Notes under the pieces: model-generated
The model's input: only the letters and a program-made list of their open reading frames with translations
Database searches by the model: none
Told to the model about the DNA's origin: nothing
Shown: one piece after another, positions 1 through 8,907 of the stretch
Layout of the letters: every line of letters begins with the position of its first letter
How positions within the stretch are numbered: the first letter of the stretch is position 1
From: Gloeobacterales cyanobacterium
Lineage (GTDB): Bacteria > Cyanobacteriota > Cyanobacteriia > Gloeobacterales > PMM-0068
Assembly (NCBI GenBank): GCA_038245785.1
Contig: JBBRSB010000042.1
Span: 1-25,764, forward strand
Direction of reading: 5' to 3'
DNA: 25,764 nucleotides
Position numbers and translations under genes: made by a program

Positions 1-2682
1 AGATTCGCTTTCCGTGGGCTCAACCATCATCGTGCCTGCTACCGGCCAAGAAACCGTGGGGGCATGAAAGCCATAATCCATGAGGCGTTTGGCAATATCA
101 TCGACTTCAATCCCGGCACTGATTTTGAGCTGGCGCAAATCTAGGATGCATTCATGGGCAACTAAACCCTGTTTGCCTTTGTAGAGAATCGGATAGTGAG
201 GCTCCAGGCGATGGGCTATGTAATTGGCATTGAGAATAGCTACTTTGGTCGCTTCGGTCAATCCTTCTGCACCCATCAGCGCGATGTACGTCCAGCAGAT
301 GGGCAGAAGACTGGAACTACCCCAGGGAGCAGCCGAAACAGCCCCAATGCCCTGGATTCCCCCCGTTTTAACTACAGGATGTTTTGGCAAAAAGGGAACT
401 AAATGTGGTGCGACCCCAATCGGCCCGATGCCAGGACCACCGCCACCGTGGGGAAGACTGAAGGTTTTGTGCAAATTTAAATGGCAAACGTCTGCTCCCA
501 TATCTCCTGGACGGCATAGGCCAACCTGGGCATTCATGTTGGCTCCATCCATATAGACTTGTCCACCATGGGCATGAATAATTTCGCAGAGGTCTGTGAT
601 CGATTCCTCAAACACACCATGAGTTGAAGGATAGGTCACCATCATGGCAGCCAGTTCCTTACTATGCGCTTCGGCTTTTGCCTTCAGGTCAGCCACATCG
701 ATATTGCCTTGGGCATCACAAGCAACGGGGACTACCCGGAATCCAGCCATGACCGCACTGGCAGGGTTGGTCCCATGGGCAGAGGTGGGAATCAAACAAA
801 TATTGCGATGACTTTCTTGGCGATGTTGGTGATAAGCCCGAATCACGAGCAGGCCCGTATATTCTCCTTGTGAACCAGCATTCGGTTGCAAAGACATACC
901 TGCAAATCCTGTGATTTCAGCGAGTTGCTCTTCTAGTTGCTGGAAGAGAATTTGGTATCCCCTGGCTTGTTCTATGGGGGCGAAGGGGTGAATCTTGCCA
1001 AATTCTGGCCAGGTGACAGGCATCATCTCTGTGGTCGCACTCAGCTTCATCGTGCAAGAGCCCAGCGGAATCATCGAAGTAGTTAATGACAAATCCTTGG
1101 TCTGCAGGCGATACATGTACCGGAGCAATTCGGTTTCCGAGTGATAGCTGTTGAAAACGGGATGGGTGAGGTAGGGACTGGTACGCGCAAACTTTTGCTT
1201 TATAACTTCAGAAGCTATGAGAGATTCTAGAGTGAAATCTACAGGCTGACCGCCATTGAAAACGGTTAAAAGGTCTTCTAAGTCCTTCTCTGAGGTGGTT
1301 TCATCCAGACTGATGCCCAGAGTTTTTTCATCGAATATCCGCAGATTGATACGCTGCTCGGCAGCGGCTTCCAAGATCTTCTTGGCCTTGTCTGCAGAAA
1401 GATTGAGCTGCAAAGTATCAAAAAATGGCTCTGAGCTAACTTCATATCCTAGTCGTTTCAGACCTGCTGCTAAGGTCGCTGTTGCCCGATGGACTCGTTG
1501 AGCAATTTTTTTAAGCCCCTGAGGACCGTGATATACCGCATACATGCTGGCCATCATTGCCAACAAAGCCGCAGTAGTACAGATGTTGCTGGTCGCCTGA
1601 TCTCGGCGGATGTGCTGCTCCCGTGTCTGTAGCGCTAAACGCAGGGCAGGCTTGCCATGCACATCATGAGATACACCAACGATACGCCCTGGAATATGTC
1701 GTTTGTACGATTCTCTGGTCGCAAAATAGGCTGCGTGAGGACCGCCATAACCTAGGGGCGCTCCAAAACGTTGGCTATTCCCTACGGCGATATCTGCTCC
1801 AAACTCGCCTGGCGGCTTAAGCAGCGTCAGACTCAACAGATCTGCCGCAACTGTTACTAAGGCTCCTGCCTGATGAGCATGGTCTACAAAAGCTTGGTAA
1901 TCATAAATGGCCCCATTGGTTCCTGGATATTGCAGCAGAGCTCCGAAAATCGGTTGGTCAAAATCAAAGGTTTCATGATTGCCCACCAAGACTTCAATCC
2001 CGAGGGCCGTAGCACGGGTCGTTACGACCTCAATCGTCTGGGGATGACAGGCTTCGGAGATGAAAAACGTCTTTTTTTCCTGTCCCGCTATGGTCTTGGC
2101 CTGCAGACCATAGCTCATGGTCATCGCTTCGGCAGCAGCGGTGGCTTCATCGAGTAGGGAAGCATTGGCAATTTCTAAACCCGTCAGATCCATAACCATC
2201 GTTTGGAAATTGAGGAGGGCCTCCAGTCTGCCTTGAGCGATTTCCGCTTGGTAGGGGGTGTACTGGGTATACCAGCTCGGATTTTCTAGGATATTCCGCT
2301 GAATGACGGTGGGGGTGATGCAGTCGGAGTAACCCATGCCGATGAAGGAGCGAAAAATTTGATTTTTGGAAGCTAAGGACTTCAGCTCGCTGAGCACCTC
2401 GTATTCGCTACGGTTTTTTCCCAGTTTGAGAGGCCGTTCTAGGCGGATGTGCGCGGGGACCGTTTTCTGGATCAGGTCCTCTAGAGAAGCGAAGCCCATG
2501 CTTGAAAGCATGTCCTGAATGGCGGCAGGACTGGGACCAATATGCCGCCGAGCGAAAGAATCAGTGCTAGCGAGTGTATCTTCCGGGTACTTCAGAACAA
2601 GCTTTAGCCCGTTTCTATAGAGATATTTGTTTGACGGTTTTTTTGTGAATACGGAGGCATTTTTTATGGTTTCTGGGGTCAC
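1..2682 (-). CDS. gcvP: Glycine dehydrogenase (aminomethyl-transferring), glycine cleavage P protein; 3' end runs off the window
   Basis: Manual minus-strand translation from GTG at 2682 (AAGGAAG upstream) gives MTPETIK...[17 protein letters not shown], the PLP-lysine motif [20 protein letters not shown] and EPTESES at the window edge. It is absent from the ORF track because the stop lies outside the window. Confidence 0.97.
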   Translation of the reverse strand, partial: MTPETIKNASVFTKKPSNKYLYRNGLKLVLKYPEDTLASTDSFARRHIGPSPAAIQDMLSSMGFASLEDLIQKTVPAHIRLERPLKLGKNRSEYEVLSELKSLASKNQIFRSFIGMGYSDCITPTVIQRNILENPSWYTQYTPYQAEIAQGRLEALLNFQTMVMDLTGLEIANASLLDEATAAAEAMTMSYGLQAKTIAGQEKKTFFISEACHPQTIEVVTTRATALGIEVLVGNHETFDFDQPIFGALLQYPGTNGAIYDYQAFVDHAHQAGALVTVAADLLSLTLLKPPGEFGADIAVGNSQRFGAPLGYGGPHAAYFATRESYKRHIPGRIVGVSHDVHGKPALRLALQTREQHIRRDQATSNICTTAALLAMMASMYAVYHGPQGLKKIAQRVHRATATLAAGLKRLGYEVSSEPFFDTLQLNLSADKAKKILEAAAEQRINLRIFDEKTLGISLDETTSEKDLEDLLTVFNGGQPVDFTLESLIASEVIKQKFARTSPYLTHPVFNSYHSETELLRYMYRLQTKDLSLTTSMIPLGSCTMKLSATTEMMPVTWPEFGKIHPFAPIEQARGYQILFQQLEEQLAEITGFAGMSLQPNAGSQGEYTGLLVIRAYHQHRQESHRNICLIPTSAHGTNPASAVMAGFRVVPVACDAQGNIDVADLKAKAEAHSKELAAMMVTYPSTHGVFEESITDLCEIIHAHGGQVYMDGANMNAQVGLCRPGDMGADVCHLNLHKTFSLPHGGGGPGIGPIGVAPHLVPFLPKHPVVKTGGIQGIGAVSAAPWGSSSLLPICWTYIALMGAEGLTEATKVAILNANYIAHRLEPHYPILYKGKQGLVAHECILDLRQLKISAGIEVDDIAKRLMDYGFHAPTVSWPVAGTMMVEPTESES

Positions 2683-2692
2683 AGGGCTTCCT

Positions 2693-2710
2693 TATGTAAG
2701 GCAATGTAAA
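2693..2710 (-). promoter_or_regulatory. HLR1-like direct repeat (candidate RpaB site)
   Basis: Minus strand reads TTTACATT-GC-CTTACATA, one mismatch to (G/T)TTACA(T/A)(T/A)-N2-(G/T)TTACA(T/A)(T/A). It lies immediately upstream of the gcvP RBS. Confidence 0.55.
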
Positions 2711-2870
2711 GTTTACCGTATTAAAGTACTGTTATTACTAAGTACAACAATGTGCTTAAGAATACTTTCAGCAACCCGTCAAATGTGCTTAATCGCCTGT
2801 TGATATAAATGATTTATATTCCAAGTATTAGCCACAGAAGAATCTATAAAGCATCTGGAAGGTCTTTTTA

Positions 2871-5800
2871 TTACAATGCAGCAACCTGAAGTTTTGCACC
2901 CCACCGTTCCAGGATAGTTTGCAGGTCTTGCATCTTTATCGGTTTGCTTACGTAGTCATCCATGCCTATCTGCAAGCACGCTTCACGGTCTCCTTGCATC
3001 GCATTGGCCGTCATGGCAATGATCCAGGGCCGTGGATAGTCATGTACCGCAGACCATTTTTGGTGAATAGCCTGTGTAGTCTGGAACCCATCCATTTCAG
3101 GCATCTGGACATCCATGAATATCAGGTCATAGGTTTTATGCCTCAGGGCTTCGAGCACTTCTAGGCCATTGTTGGCGATGTCTGCGCGGTATCCCATCTT
3201 CTTTAGCGTTTGTAGAGCTACCTTCTGGTTTACCAAATTGTCTTCGGCCAACAAAATTCGTAGAGGTAGTCGCTCTCCTAAGGTGGGCGTGGCCTCGGCT
3301 TGGACAACTACAGGGACAGGCTGCGCAGGAGTCTCAGAAGCTTCTTGAAAAATGCTTTCCAGGGCTTTGAGGAGTTGAGCTGCTTTGACCGGTTTACTTA
3401 ATATTGAGGCAAACTCTGCCCAGGCTGGTTCGGATTGCTCTCTGGATTCTAGATCCGCACGCTGGCCGATGGAAGAGAGCATGACCAGTGGAAAATGCTC
3501 ATATTTTTGTACTTTGCGTATCTTCTTGGCCAACATTAACCCGTCCATATCCGGCATTTGCATATCCAGAATGGCGAGATCGAAGGCATCTCCTCGGCGA
3601 ATCCATTGCAGCGCTTCAGGACCAGAGGCTGCCGAAAAAGGGATCATGCCCCAGGTTTGGGCCTGGAGGGTCAGGATGCGGCGGTTGGTTTCGTTGTCAT
3701 CTACGATCAATAGACGCTTCTTCAGCAATTTGGGTGAGGTGCGGCTGAGGCGTCCCGGTAATTGGCCAGAAGTCGCCATAGCGGTGATCGTGAAGTGAAA
3801 GGCCGAACCTTTACCGACTTCACTTTGGACCCACATTGTGCCTCCCATGAGATGACAGAGCCGTTTGCTAATAGCTAGGCCTAAACCAGTCCCGCCATAT
3901 CTTCTGGTTGTTGAAGCATCCACTTGGCTGAATGATTGGAAGAGTCGGTCCATCCGCTCTTGGGGGATGCCGATACCTGTATCCTGAATAATAAACTGGA
4001 CTTCATATTTAGAAGCGGGGAGAGGACCATTGCTTAGGTGTTTGTCTCCTTGTCCCGAGCTATCTTCCGAGCTGTCCACAAGACGGCTTGACACCTGGAC
4101 TACCACTTCTCCCAATTGGGTAAATTTGACAGCATTGCTGAGCAAATTCAATAGAATTTGGCGAATCCTGGTAACGTCACCCATGAGCATTGTCGGGACT
4201 TGTGGATCGATGAAATAGGCAAGATCTAGCCCTTTATCAGTTGCCTGTGTCACTAAAAGATCTAGGGCTTCTTCGACGCAGTTTCTCAAATTGAAGGGCT
4301 CTTCTTCCAAATCCAGCTTGCCCGCTTCGATTTTTGAGAAGTCCAAAATTTCGTTAACAATCGTGAGCAAAGCATCACTGCTATTACGGATTGTTCTGGT
4401 GAATTCTAATTGCTCTGAAGTCAGTTCTGTATCGAGGAGGAGTTGCGTCATGCCAATGATGCCATTCATCGGAGTCCGGATCTCATGGCTCATGTTGGCT
4501 AAGAACTGCCCTTTAGCTTGATTGGCGGCTTCTCCGGCCTCTCGGGCAATCAGGAGTTCTTCTCGCGCATTGCCAAGCCCCACGGCTGCACGGCCAATTT
4601 CTTGCTGCAACGTATTGAAACTCGCCGCCATCTCCCCTAGTTCATCTCGGGAATTGATTCTCACGGGTACTACGTCGATTCGGGCATAGGCTGCACCAAT
4701 GTCTCCGGCCCCAAGTGCTTGCATCGCCCGCGAGAAATCGGCCAGGGTTCCTGTTGAAAGCCGATTTGCCGCTTGAGAGACTTCTACTGCAGAGTGAGCG
4801 ATCATTCCCGGTAATACTAATCCGACCGTAATCGTTAGTATCGCCACTGCGACAAAGATGTCTTCGAGAATGACGGTTAAAGCTGTCTGCTGCACAGCTG
4901 CGTTTTGGACGGCCAGTAAATATCCTGCTCCATCTAGGGCTAATACCAAGAGCATGGCCCCGGTCAATTTAATATGCAGGCTACGGGCTATGCCCGGTAA
5001 GCCCTGACGCTTACGGTCAGAATATTTGCGCCAGGCATACAGCGCCGAACCGGAGTAGGCAAAGGCTAATCCCACCATGACCGTGGGTAGACCGAACTGT
5101 TGAAATCCCAGGACGGCTGAAGTTCCCCAAACGGATGAGGCTACCAGTCCCGCCATGATCATTCCACGGGGCGCACGATAGGGGCGCATCATCTCAGGAG
5201 CATCACGACGGAGTAGCCAAACCGCGACATTGGGCAAACAGATACCAATCAAATAGGTAAAGTTGGCCGCCGCAATCAACCAAACGGGGTCCCCAAGCAG
5301 TAAGAAGAAAATCGCCATACCCGCTGTAAGGAGTGTGGCGACCCAAGGAGCATCTGTGCGCGACCGGAGGGCTAGAAATTCTGGAAGCAAACCATCTTCC
5401 GCTAGCTGTGCCAAGGTGCGCGAGGCCCCAGCCAAAGGCTGCAGGGTTCCATGAAACATGTTCAACATCATGAATCCAATGGCACAAGCTTTTGCACCAC
5501 TGCCAAAAAGAGGAGCAAAGGTTGGGCCCAATACCAGGGCAAGGTCTTTCCCAAGAGGTTCTGGGCCAAGCACTCCCAACCAGATGATCGGGAGCAAAAC
5601 AAAGTAAACAGCGGCCATCAAGCCACTGGCTAACATTGCTCGCGGTACATTTTTATTGGGGTCGATCGTTTCTCCCACATGGCAGGAAGCAGCTTCAAAA
5701 GCTGGGGCCGCAAAACCAATCAAATAAAGTCCTGCCATCAGACTCGTCAGTTCTCCAAACCATCCAGGGAAGGGGACGGTGAGCTGAAAAGTGGTAGCTT

Positions 5801-6377
5801 GCTGCCAATCGACATGGCCCGTAAGTACGGGAATCAAACCGGACAGAAAAGCCAGTAGAGCAGACCCACTCGCGATCGGAATCACCAAACGCGTGACCCA
5901 TTGCACTCCACACAAATTCACAAAGGTGAAGAAAAGCACCAACCCACAAGCCGTAACCTGAAAAGGTACATCTGGCAGATACCATTGATGGATAGCGGAG
6001 GCCGATAAAATGGCGGTCAAGCCACAGGTTGGAATCCAGCCCCACCAGTAACAAACGCCTGTGAGGTTTGCTAGCACTGGACTATAGGGACGAAAAGCTT
6101 CAGCGCAGGTGGCGGCAATTCCGCCGACCCGATTGGGATACATCAAAATTAGTTCGGTCCAGCCTGGTGCTGCCGCCCAACTTAACAGAAGTCCAAGGAT
6201 GAGCAGGGGAATTGCTGCACTCCCTTGCCCAGGGATTGCTCCTTGACCGATAAATAGAGCAGATAAGAGGAAAAGACTCTGGTTACTACCGCCCATGGCA
6301 AGGGCTGTTGTTCCGATCCATCCGATTGTTCGTGGATGGGCAAGAGAAGCTGGCTTAGGGATAGACGTACTAGTCAT
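2871..6377 (-). CDS. APC-family amino acid permease fused to HAMP, hybrid sensor histidine kinase and two receiver domains
   Basis: The N-terminal ~460 aa form a multi-TM domain with the APC-like FEAASCHVGETIDPNKNVPRA and SRTLAQLAEDGLLP motifs. Two more TMs, a HAMP (SRDELGEMAASFN), the H-box FLANMSHEIRTPMNG, N/G boxes (NLLSNAVKFT, DTGIGI, GGTGLGL) and two REC domains (DMQMPDMDG; DVQMPEMDG) follow. The start is taken at the MTSTSIP ATG; the ORF extends to 6413. Confidence 0.93.
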   Translation of the reverse strand: MTSTSIPKPASLAHPRTIGWIGTTALAMGGSNQSLFLLSALFIGQGAIPGQGSAAIPLLILGLLLSWAAAPGWTELILMYPNRVGGIAATCAEAFRPYSPVLANLTGVCYWWGWIPTCGLTAILSASAIHQWYLPDVPFQVTACGLVLFFTFVNLCGVQWVTRLVIPIASGSALLAFLSGLIPVLTGHVDWQQATTFQLTVPFPGWFGELTSLMAGLYLIGFAAPAFEAASCHVGETIDPNKNVPRAMLASGLMAAVYFVLLPIIWLGVLGPEPLGKDLALVLGPTFAPLFGSGAKACAIGFMMLNMFHGTLQPLAGASRTLAQLAEDGLLPEFLALRSRTDAPWVATLLTAGMAIFFLLLGDPVWLIAAANFTYLIGICLPNVAVWLLRRDAPEMMRPYRAPRGMIMAGLVASSVWGTSAVLGFQQFGLPTVMVGLAFAYSGSALYAWRKYSDRKRQGLPGIARSLHIKLTGAMLLVLALDGAGYLLAVQNAAVQQTALTVILEDIFVAVAILTITVGLVLPGMIAHSAVEVSQAANRLSTGTLADFSRAMQALGAGDIGAAYARIDVVPVRINSRDELGEMAASFNTLQQEIGRAAVGLGNAREELLIAREAGEAANQAKGQFLANMSHEIRTPMNGIIGMTQLLLDTELTSEQLEFTRTIRNSSDALLTIVNEILDFSKIEAGKLDLEEEPFNLRNCVEEALDLLVTQATDKGLDLAYFIDPQVPTMLMGDVTRIRQILLNLLSNAVKFTQLGEVVVQVSSRLVDSSEDSSGQGDKHLSNGPLPASKYEVQFIIQDTGIGIPQERMDRLFQSFSQVDASTTRRYGGTGLGLAISKRLCHLMGGTMWVQSEVGKGSAFHFTITAMATSGQLPGRLSRTSPKLLKKRLLIVDDNETNRRILTLQAQTWGMIPFSAASGPEALQWIRRGDAFDLAILDMQMPDMDGLMLAKKIRKVQKYEHFPLVMLSSIGQRADLESREQSEPAWAEFASILSKPVKAAQLLKALESIFQEASETPAQPVPVVVQAEATPTLGERLPLRILLAEDNLVNQKVALQTLKKMGYRADIANNGLEVLEALRHKTYDLIFMDVQMPEMDGFQTTQAIHQKWSAVHDYPRPWIIAMTANAMQGDREACLQIGMDDYVSKPIKMQDLQTILERWGAKLQVAAL

Positions 6378-6498
6378 AATTACTGAGTATTCCCTGGCGT
6401 CACAAGCGATCATGAGAAAGTCAGTAAATCCTCATCCAGAATTTATAAATGATTAAATGATTAACTTTAGACAAAACCCCGGAGAGCGACAAAGCCCA

Positions 6499-7311
6499 AT
6501 GACCAAAGAACGTTTAGACCAGCTACTCGTGGACCTAGAGCTTGTTAGTTCGTGTCATGTAGCTCAGGGCATGATCCGAGCAGGTAGAGTGCGCGTCAAT
6601 GGTCAATTGGTGGATAAGCCCACGGAGACTTTTGATCCTCTAAAAGTGCAGATTTATATGGACCCTCTTCCTCTTTACGTCTCACGCGGGGGAGAAAAAT
6701 TGATCGGTGCTTTAACAGATTTTCCGATTGTGACTCAAGGCCGAGTCTGTCTGGATGGAGGCATCTCTACCGGTGGATTTACGGATTGTATGCTTCAGGC
6801 TGGCGCGGCAAAAGTCTACGGCATCGATGTTGGCTATGGGCAGGTTGCCTGGAAACTGCAAACCGATCCCCGCGTGGTTTTGAAGGAACGGACCAATCTA
6901 CGTCATCTCACCGCAGCCGAACTTTATGGCCCAGAAGATCCTAGACCTGATTTAGCGACGGTGGATATATCGTTTATCTCTCTGGCGAAGGTGCTACCAG
7001 CGCTCTATGAACTGTTGGTGGCCCCCAGAGAATTACTGCTTTTGGTCAAACCACAGTTCGAGGCTGCACGGACTGAAGTGGGGAAAAATGGCGTGGTCCG
7101 CTCTCCTGAAGTGCACCAGTTCGTCTTAGAGAAGGTGTGGCAAGCCTCCCAGCCCTTCGGCTGGAAATTTCAAGGGGTGACTTATTCCCCCATTCGAGGT
7201 CCGCAGGGAAACATCGAATACTGGCTCTGGCTTTCCTGCTCTAGCGAAGAAGTGCAAGAGCCCTCTGCAAAGTTCAAAGCAGTGGTCGAGCAAGCCCATG
7301 GCGTACTCTGA
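6499..7311 (+). CDS. tlyA: TlyA family RNA 2'-O-methyltransferase (S4 + FtsJ-like domains)
   Basis: Motifs KERLDQLLV, YVSRGGEKL, LDGGISTGGFTD, DVGYGQ, LVKPQFE and GNIEY are present. GGAGAG at 6481 lies upstream of ATG 6499; the ORF track start is 6457. Confidence 0.95.
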   Translation: MTKERLDQLLVDLELVSSCHVAQGMIRAGRVRVNGQLVDKPTETFDPLKVQIYMDPLPLYVSRGGEKLIGALTDFPIVTQGRVCLDGGISTGGFTDCMLQAGAAKVYGIDVGYGQVAWKLQTDPRVVLKERTNLRHLTAAELYGPEDPRPDLATVDISFISLAKVLPALYELLVAPRELLLLVKPQFEAARTEVGKNGVVRSPEVHQFVLEKVWQASQPFGWKFQGVTYSPIRGPQGNIEYWLWLSCSSEEVQEPSAKFKAVVEQAHGVL

Positions 7312-7331
7312 AAGCTTCTCTTCGGACAGTT

Positions 7332-7366
7332 GAGCTAGTGGGGATGCTACACATCCCCACTAGCTC
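7332..7366. terminator. Perfect 15-bp stem-loop between convergent tlyA and msrA; probable bidirectional terminator or 3' stabiliser
   Basis: GAGCTAGTGGGGATG-ctaca-CATCCCCACTAGCTC; there is no clear U-tract on either side. Confidence 0.7.
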
Positions 7367-7372
7367 GTGTTA

Positions 7373-8035
7373 CTAACTAACCGCAGACTCCATAGGAGGT
7401 AAGCAGACGTTGGTACCACCTAATCCACAATATCCATTGGGATTTTTGGCCAGATATTGCTGATGGTAGTTCTCGGCGTAGTAGAACTCAGGAGCCTCGA
7501 TGATTTCCGTAGTAATGGCCTTATGCCCAGCATCACTGAGAGCCTTCTGGTAAGCATCACGGGAAGCTTCTGCCAGTTTCTTTTGGCTGTCAGAATATGT
7601 ATAAATTCCTGAGCGATATTGCGTTCCCACATCGTTGCCTTGACGCATTCCTTGGGTCGGATCGTGGCTTTCCCAAAAGATTTTCAACAGAGCTTCGTAG
7701 CTAATTACTTTTGGGTCAAAAACCACAAAAACGACTTCGTTGTGGCCCGTCATTCCTGAACATACTTCTTCATAGGTAGGATTTGGCGTGACTCCAGCGG
7801 TGTAGCCTACGGCTGTCGTATAGACTCCCTTCTGCTGCCAAAATTTACGCTCTGAGCCCCAGAAGCATCCAAAACCAAACATGGCCATTTCCATGCCTGC
7901 GGGGAAAGGAGGCTTCAAGGAATTCCCATTCACGTGGTGACGAGCAGGTACAGGCATCGGTTCTGCCCTTCCAGGCAAGGCATTTTCCGCGTTTGGCAGA
8001 GTTACTTTTTTACCGAACAATCCGAATAGTGCCAT
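7373..8035 (-). CDS. msrA: Peptide-methionine (S)-S-oxide reductase
   Basis: GCFWG active site, [17 protein letters not shown] and AENYHQQYL are present. Likely start is [10 protein letters not shown] (ATG 8035); the ORF extends to 8116. Confidence 0.96.
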   Translation of the reverse strand: MALFGLFGKKVTLPNAENALPGRAEPMPVPARHHVNGNSLKPPFPAGMEMAMFGFGCFWGSERKFWQQKGVYTTAVGYTAGVTPNPTYEEVCSGMTGHNEVVFVVFDPKVISYEALLKIFWESHDPTQGMRQGNDVGTQYRSGIYTYSDSQKKLAEASRDAYQKALSDAGHKAITTEIIEAPEFYYAENYHQQYLAKNPNGYCGLGGTNVCLPPMESAVS

Positions 8036-8185
8036 AAATTTCGTCTCTGACTTTGTTGCTATCTTTACTCTACTTAATATCGGCGAAGACGGCGAGGTCC
8101 GACCTGTCGTTTGCACGCTAAGCCATAATCACAAGGAGAGGCCAGAAAACTCATGCATTAAAACGTACACCACAAGGAGCTACGT

Positions 8186-8887
8186 ATGGAGAAAATAGCC
8201 GTTGTAACCGGAGCTAACCGGGGAATGGGGTTCGAAGTTTCCAGGCAGCTAGCAAAAGTAGACATGCAGGTGATTCTCACCAGTCGAGACCCTGAAAAAG
8301 GTCAAAAAGCAGCGGAGCAATTGCAGCTAGAAGGCTTCGATGCTATTTACTATCCTTTAGATGTTGCTAATGCTGAAAGTATTGAGGTTTTTAGCCAATT
8401 TGTCCGTCATAAATTTGGTCGTGTGGATGTACTTATCAATAACGCTGGTTTAATGATCGACGCACCAGAAATCAGTGTCTTTGATGCCAAGGTTGACACC
8501 CTGCGCAAAACGATGGAAGCCAATGTCTACGGACCTTTCCAGTTAATCCAGGCACTGGTTCCTTTGATGAAAGAGCATCACTACGGGCGGATTGTAAATG
8601 TGTCTTCTGGCATGGGTCAATTGACCGATATGGGGGGAGGCTATCCTGGCTACCGACTTTCTAAAGTTTCCCTCAATGCCTTAACGCGAATATTCGCTAA
8701 CGAACTAGAAGGCACCAATATTCTGGTGAATACGATGTGTCCTGGTTGGGTCAAAACTGATATGGGCGGACCCGGTGCAACCCGTACCCCTGAAGAGGGC
8801 GTAGACACGATGGTCTGGCTTGCAACTTTAGCGGATGGTGGTCCCACGGGTGGATTTTTCCGTGACCGCCAGCCCATTCCTTGGTGA
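8186..8887 (+). CDS. Short-chain dehydrogenase/reductase (carbonyl-reductase-like)
   Basis: TGANRGMG, NNAG, catalytic YRLSK and CPGWVKTDMGG are present; the RBS is AAGGAG. Confidence 0.93.
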   Translation: MEKIAVVTGANRGMGFEVSRQLAKVDMQVILTSRDPEKGQKAAEQLQLEGFDAIYYPLDVANAESIEVFSQFVRHKFGRVDVLINNAGLMIDAPEISVFDAKVDTLRKTMEANVYGPFQLIQALVPLMKEHHYGRIVNVSSGMGQLTDMGGGYPGYRLSKVSLNALTRIFANELEGTNILVNTMCPGWVKTDMGGPGATRTPEEGVDTMVWLATLADGGPTGGFFRDRQPIPW

Positions 8888-8907
8888 CTCCTTGGAGGAA
8901 GTCTGAA

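Noticed and set aside
196..2157. Six plus-strand ORFs in the ORF track
   Set aside because: They are antisense shadows of gcvP, which occupies the minus strand from 2682 to the window edge.
2683..2870. Glycine riboswitch or NtcA site upstream of gcvP
   Set aside because: The region is AT-rich with no GGAGA/CAGG/CTCT aptamer core. The GTA...TAC pairs have 5, 6 or 7 nt spacers, not 8.
2919..6054. Short ORFs overlapping the permease-kinase gene
   Set aside because: They are antisense or alternate-frame shadows with no recognisable motifs.
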